Shown: positions 62,554 to 64,000 of the stretch, one piece after another
How the letters are laid out: each line of letters opens with the position of its first letter
Numbering within the stretch: position 1 is the stretch's first letter
From: an uncultured Rikenellaceae bacterium
GTDB lineage: Bacteria; Bacteroidota; Bacteroidia; Bacteroidales; VadinHA17
Direction: 5' to 3'
Assembly (NCBI GenBank): GCA_963770745.1
Contig: CAVYRA010000001.1
Span: 123,020 to 187,019 of the forward strand
DNA length: 64,000 nt
Notes under the pieces: model-generated
Database searches by the model: none
Seen by the model: the letters and a program-made list of their open reading frames with translations, nothing else
What the model was told of the DNA's origin: nothing
Translations under genes and position numbers: made by a program

Positions 62554-62598
62554 GATTCTTGCTTTGTTAGGTTAAATATTGAATATTAATTACCTGTA

Positions 62599-62657
62599 TA
62601 CAATACTTAATGGCCTACAGCCAACCCACTACTGCCTACTGCCTACTCCCTACTGCC
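62599..62657 (-). repeat. TAGGCAG heptamer array plus one GTA-loop REP-like unit upstream of the ara operon
   Basis: Minus strand: ggcagtagggagtaggcagtaggcagtagtggg-t-TGGCT-GTA-GGCCA-TTAAGTATTGTA. Confidence 0.8.
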
Positions 62658-62689
62658 TTTCTTATCAATATGCAAGTTATATAATTATT

Positions 62690-62710
62690 TAAATGTAATA
62701 TATACACTTT
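62690..62710. promoter_or_regulatory. Candidate AraR (NrtR-type GT-N7-AC) operator
   Basis: Imperfect palindrome AAATGT-AATATAT-ACACTT about 140 nt upstream of the symporter start. Confidence 0.6.
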
Positions 62711-62739
62711 TTGCAAAATTTATAATAAAAAATCGCTCT

Positions 62740-62774
62740 TTCATCTTTTCTTCATCTTCAGTTATATAAATTTG
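62740..62774 (+). promoter_or_regulatory. TTCATCTT direct repeat (11-bp period) plus -7 box TAAATTTG
   Basis: TTCATCTT at 62740 and 62751, and TAAATTTG at 62767-62774, upstream of the ORF at 62898. Confidence 0.5.
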
Positions 62775-62897
62775 CTGTGAATCAGTTCAATAATGCAGAT
62801 TTAAAATGAACTGAATAAAGTTAAAGGATCTTCGGGTATATTAAACCGGATAAAATATGAAACTTGCATGAGCAAGGGCTCAAAAATGGGATAACGA

Positions 62898-63356
62898 ATG
62901 AAAATGATTAAAAAAACAGTGCTTATAATGACGGTGACTCTGGTCGCTGCAATGCTTGTCTCAACTGGTGTCATAAATGCGCAGGAGGTAAAGGTTAAAC
63001 CTGATACGGCAACCGTGAGAGCTCAGGAGAGGGAGCAGCAAGCCCGGGAGCAGACGCAGAAACAGAACCAGGAGCAGGCTCAGAATCAGGGTCAGGCGCA
63101 AAATCAGACACAGGCTGAGAAACAGAACCAGGGTCAGGGTCAGTCTCAGGATCAGGGTCAGACGATGACAAACGCCGGGGCAAAAGCTCAGAAACAGGGT
63201 ACCAGTACAACCGGTGTCAAAAAGGTACAGAGTGCACGGCCTGACTGGAGTAAGGCGCGTGGCGCCCGTCCGCCATCTGTTGAACGGCCCTCGGGATCAA
63301 GGATACCCAAGGGCGCAGGTAAGCCGGGCGGCGCAAAGGGTCCGGGGAAAAGATAG
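62898..63356 (+). CDS. Secreted Gln-rich low-complexity hypothetical protein
   Basis: Signal peptide ending INAQ, QNQxQx repeats, and a basic Pro/Gly-rich C-terminus (GARPPSVERPSGSRIPKGAGKPGG). Confidence 0.75.
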   Translation: MKMIKKTVLIMTVTLVAAMLVSTGVINAQEVKVKPDTATVRAQEREQQAREQTQKQNQEQAQNQGQAQNQTQAEKQNQGQGQSQDQGQTMTNAGAKAQKQGTSTTGVKKVQSARPDWSKARGARPPSVERPSGSRIPKGAGKPGGAKGPGKR

Positions 63357-63376
63357 AGAATCTGAAAACGGATACC

Positions 63377-64000
63377 ATGAAGGGAAGGATATCTCTGACA
63401 GTTGCAATTGCCTGCGGTATAATGCTGCAGGCTTTCATCATATCTGCATCGGCACAGCCGGCAAATGACCAAACACACTCACCTGATACCATAGCCGGAA
63501 ACGGGAAGAACCCGGCATCCTCCCCTGATACCGCAGCCGCGAATGAAAATAAAACGGTCCATTCACTCTATACGGGTGCCGGCTACGGAAGCAACATGGT
63601 CTATCTGGGAACAACCATGTCACAGGATCACGGTTTCGGCTATACATCGCTCTCTTACGGGCTGAATGACAAACTGTATCTCTCAGCCACAGGGTATACC
63701 ATCAGTGGATTCACTCCATTCCTGGCTTTCTACAGCCTCGGACTGAGCTTCAACCATGCATTTAATTCATGGTTTGACATAAGCACGGGTCTTTCGCGAT
63801 ACGGTGTGGCCGAGTCACTGAGGGACACACTCTTCAGCAATTTTACCTATGCTGACGCCACCCTGGGCTTCGACTGGAGAATACTCTATTCAAAAATATC
63901 CCTCGGAGGCCTCTTTTCCGAGGGGAGTCAATTCTACCTGCAGACCAGGCATTCGAGATACTTTGAGACACCCTCTTTTGCAGGTGATAAGGCATTCTTT
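63377..64000 (+). CDS. Hypothetical exported protein, probable beta-barrel outer membrane protein (truncated at window end)
   Basis: Open frame from ATG 63377 (MKGRISLTVAIACGIMLQAFIISASAQ...) to the window end, with alternating aromatic beta-strand-like segments. Not in the ORF track. Confidence 0.7.
   Translation, partial: MKGRISLTVAIACGIMLQAFIISASAQPANDQTHSPDTIAGNGKNPASSPDTAAANENKTVHSLYTGAGYGSNMVYLGTTMSQDHGFGYTSLSYGLNDKLYLSATGYTISGFTPFLAFYSLGLSFNHAFNSWFDISTGLSRYGVAESLRDTLFSNFTYADATLGFDWRILYSKISLGGLFSEGSQFYLQTRHSRYFETPSFAGDKAFF

Overview
A 64-kb chromosomal window from a Bacteroidota bacterium, most likely an anaerobic Bacteroidales: it has TAnnTTTG -7 promoter boxes, a SusC/SusD pair, a T9SS-cargo protein and DUF4294. 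Most genes are housekeeping or metabolic: acyl-CoA carboxylase beta, LptF/G, tgt, ECF sigma, rsmG, rpmH, mqnE, RluA-family synthase, lemA/TPM, ddl, trehalose-6-P synthase/phosphatase plus GH15, gcvP, pcm, a sugar transferase, elbB, GH2, fhs-mobA, an RsmF-like methylase and GH3. An L-arabinose locus carries two lesions, an internally deleted GH51 and a frameshifted araA. The most unusual signal is intergenic. (i) A four-helix-bundle (23S-IVP/Avd-like) gene is bracketed by 33-bp inverted arms built of CGATTnn heptamers. The same two-arm palindrome recurs about 39 kb away with nothing between the arms, giving an apparent filled/empty cassette pair. (ii) Five TAGGCA(A/G) heptamer arrays are each directly followed by a structured element: REP-like GTA-loop hairpins with covarying stems, the empty palindrome, or another hairpin. 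No rRNA, tRNA, CRISPR, transposase or reverse transcriptase was recognised. All calls come from reading sequence and motifs, without database searches.
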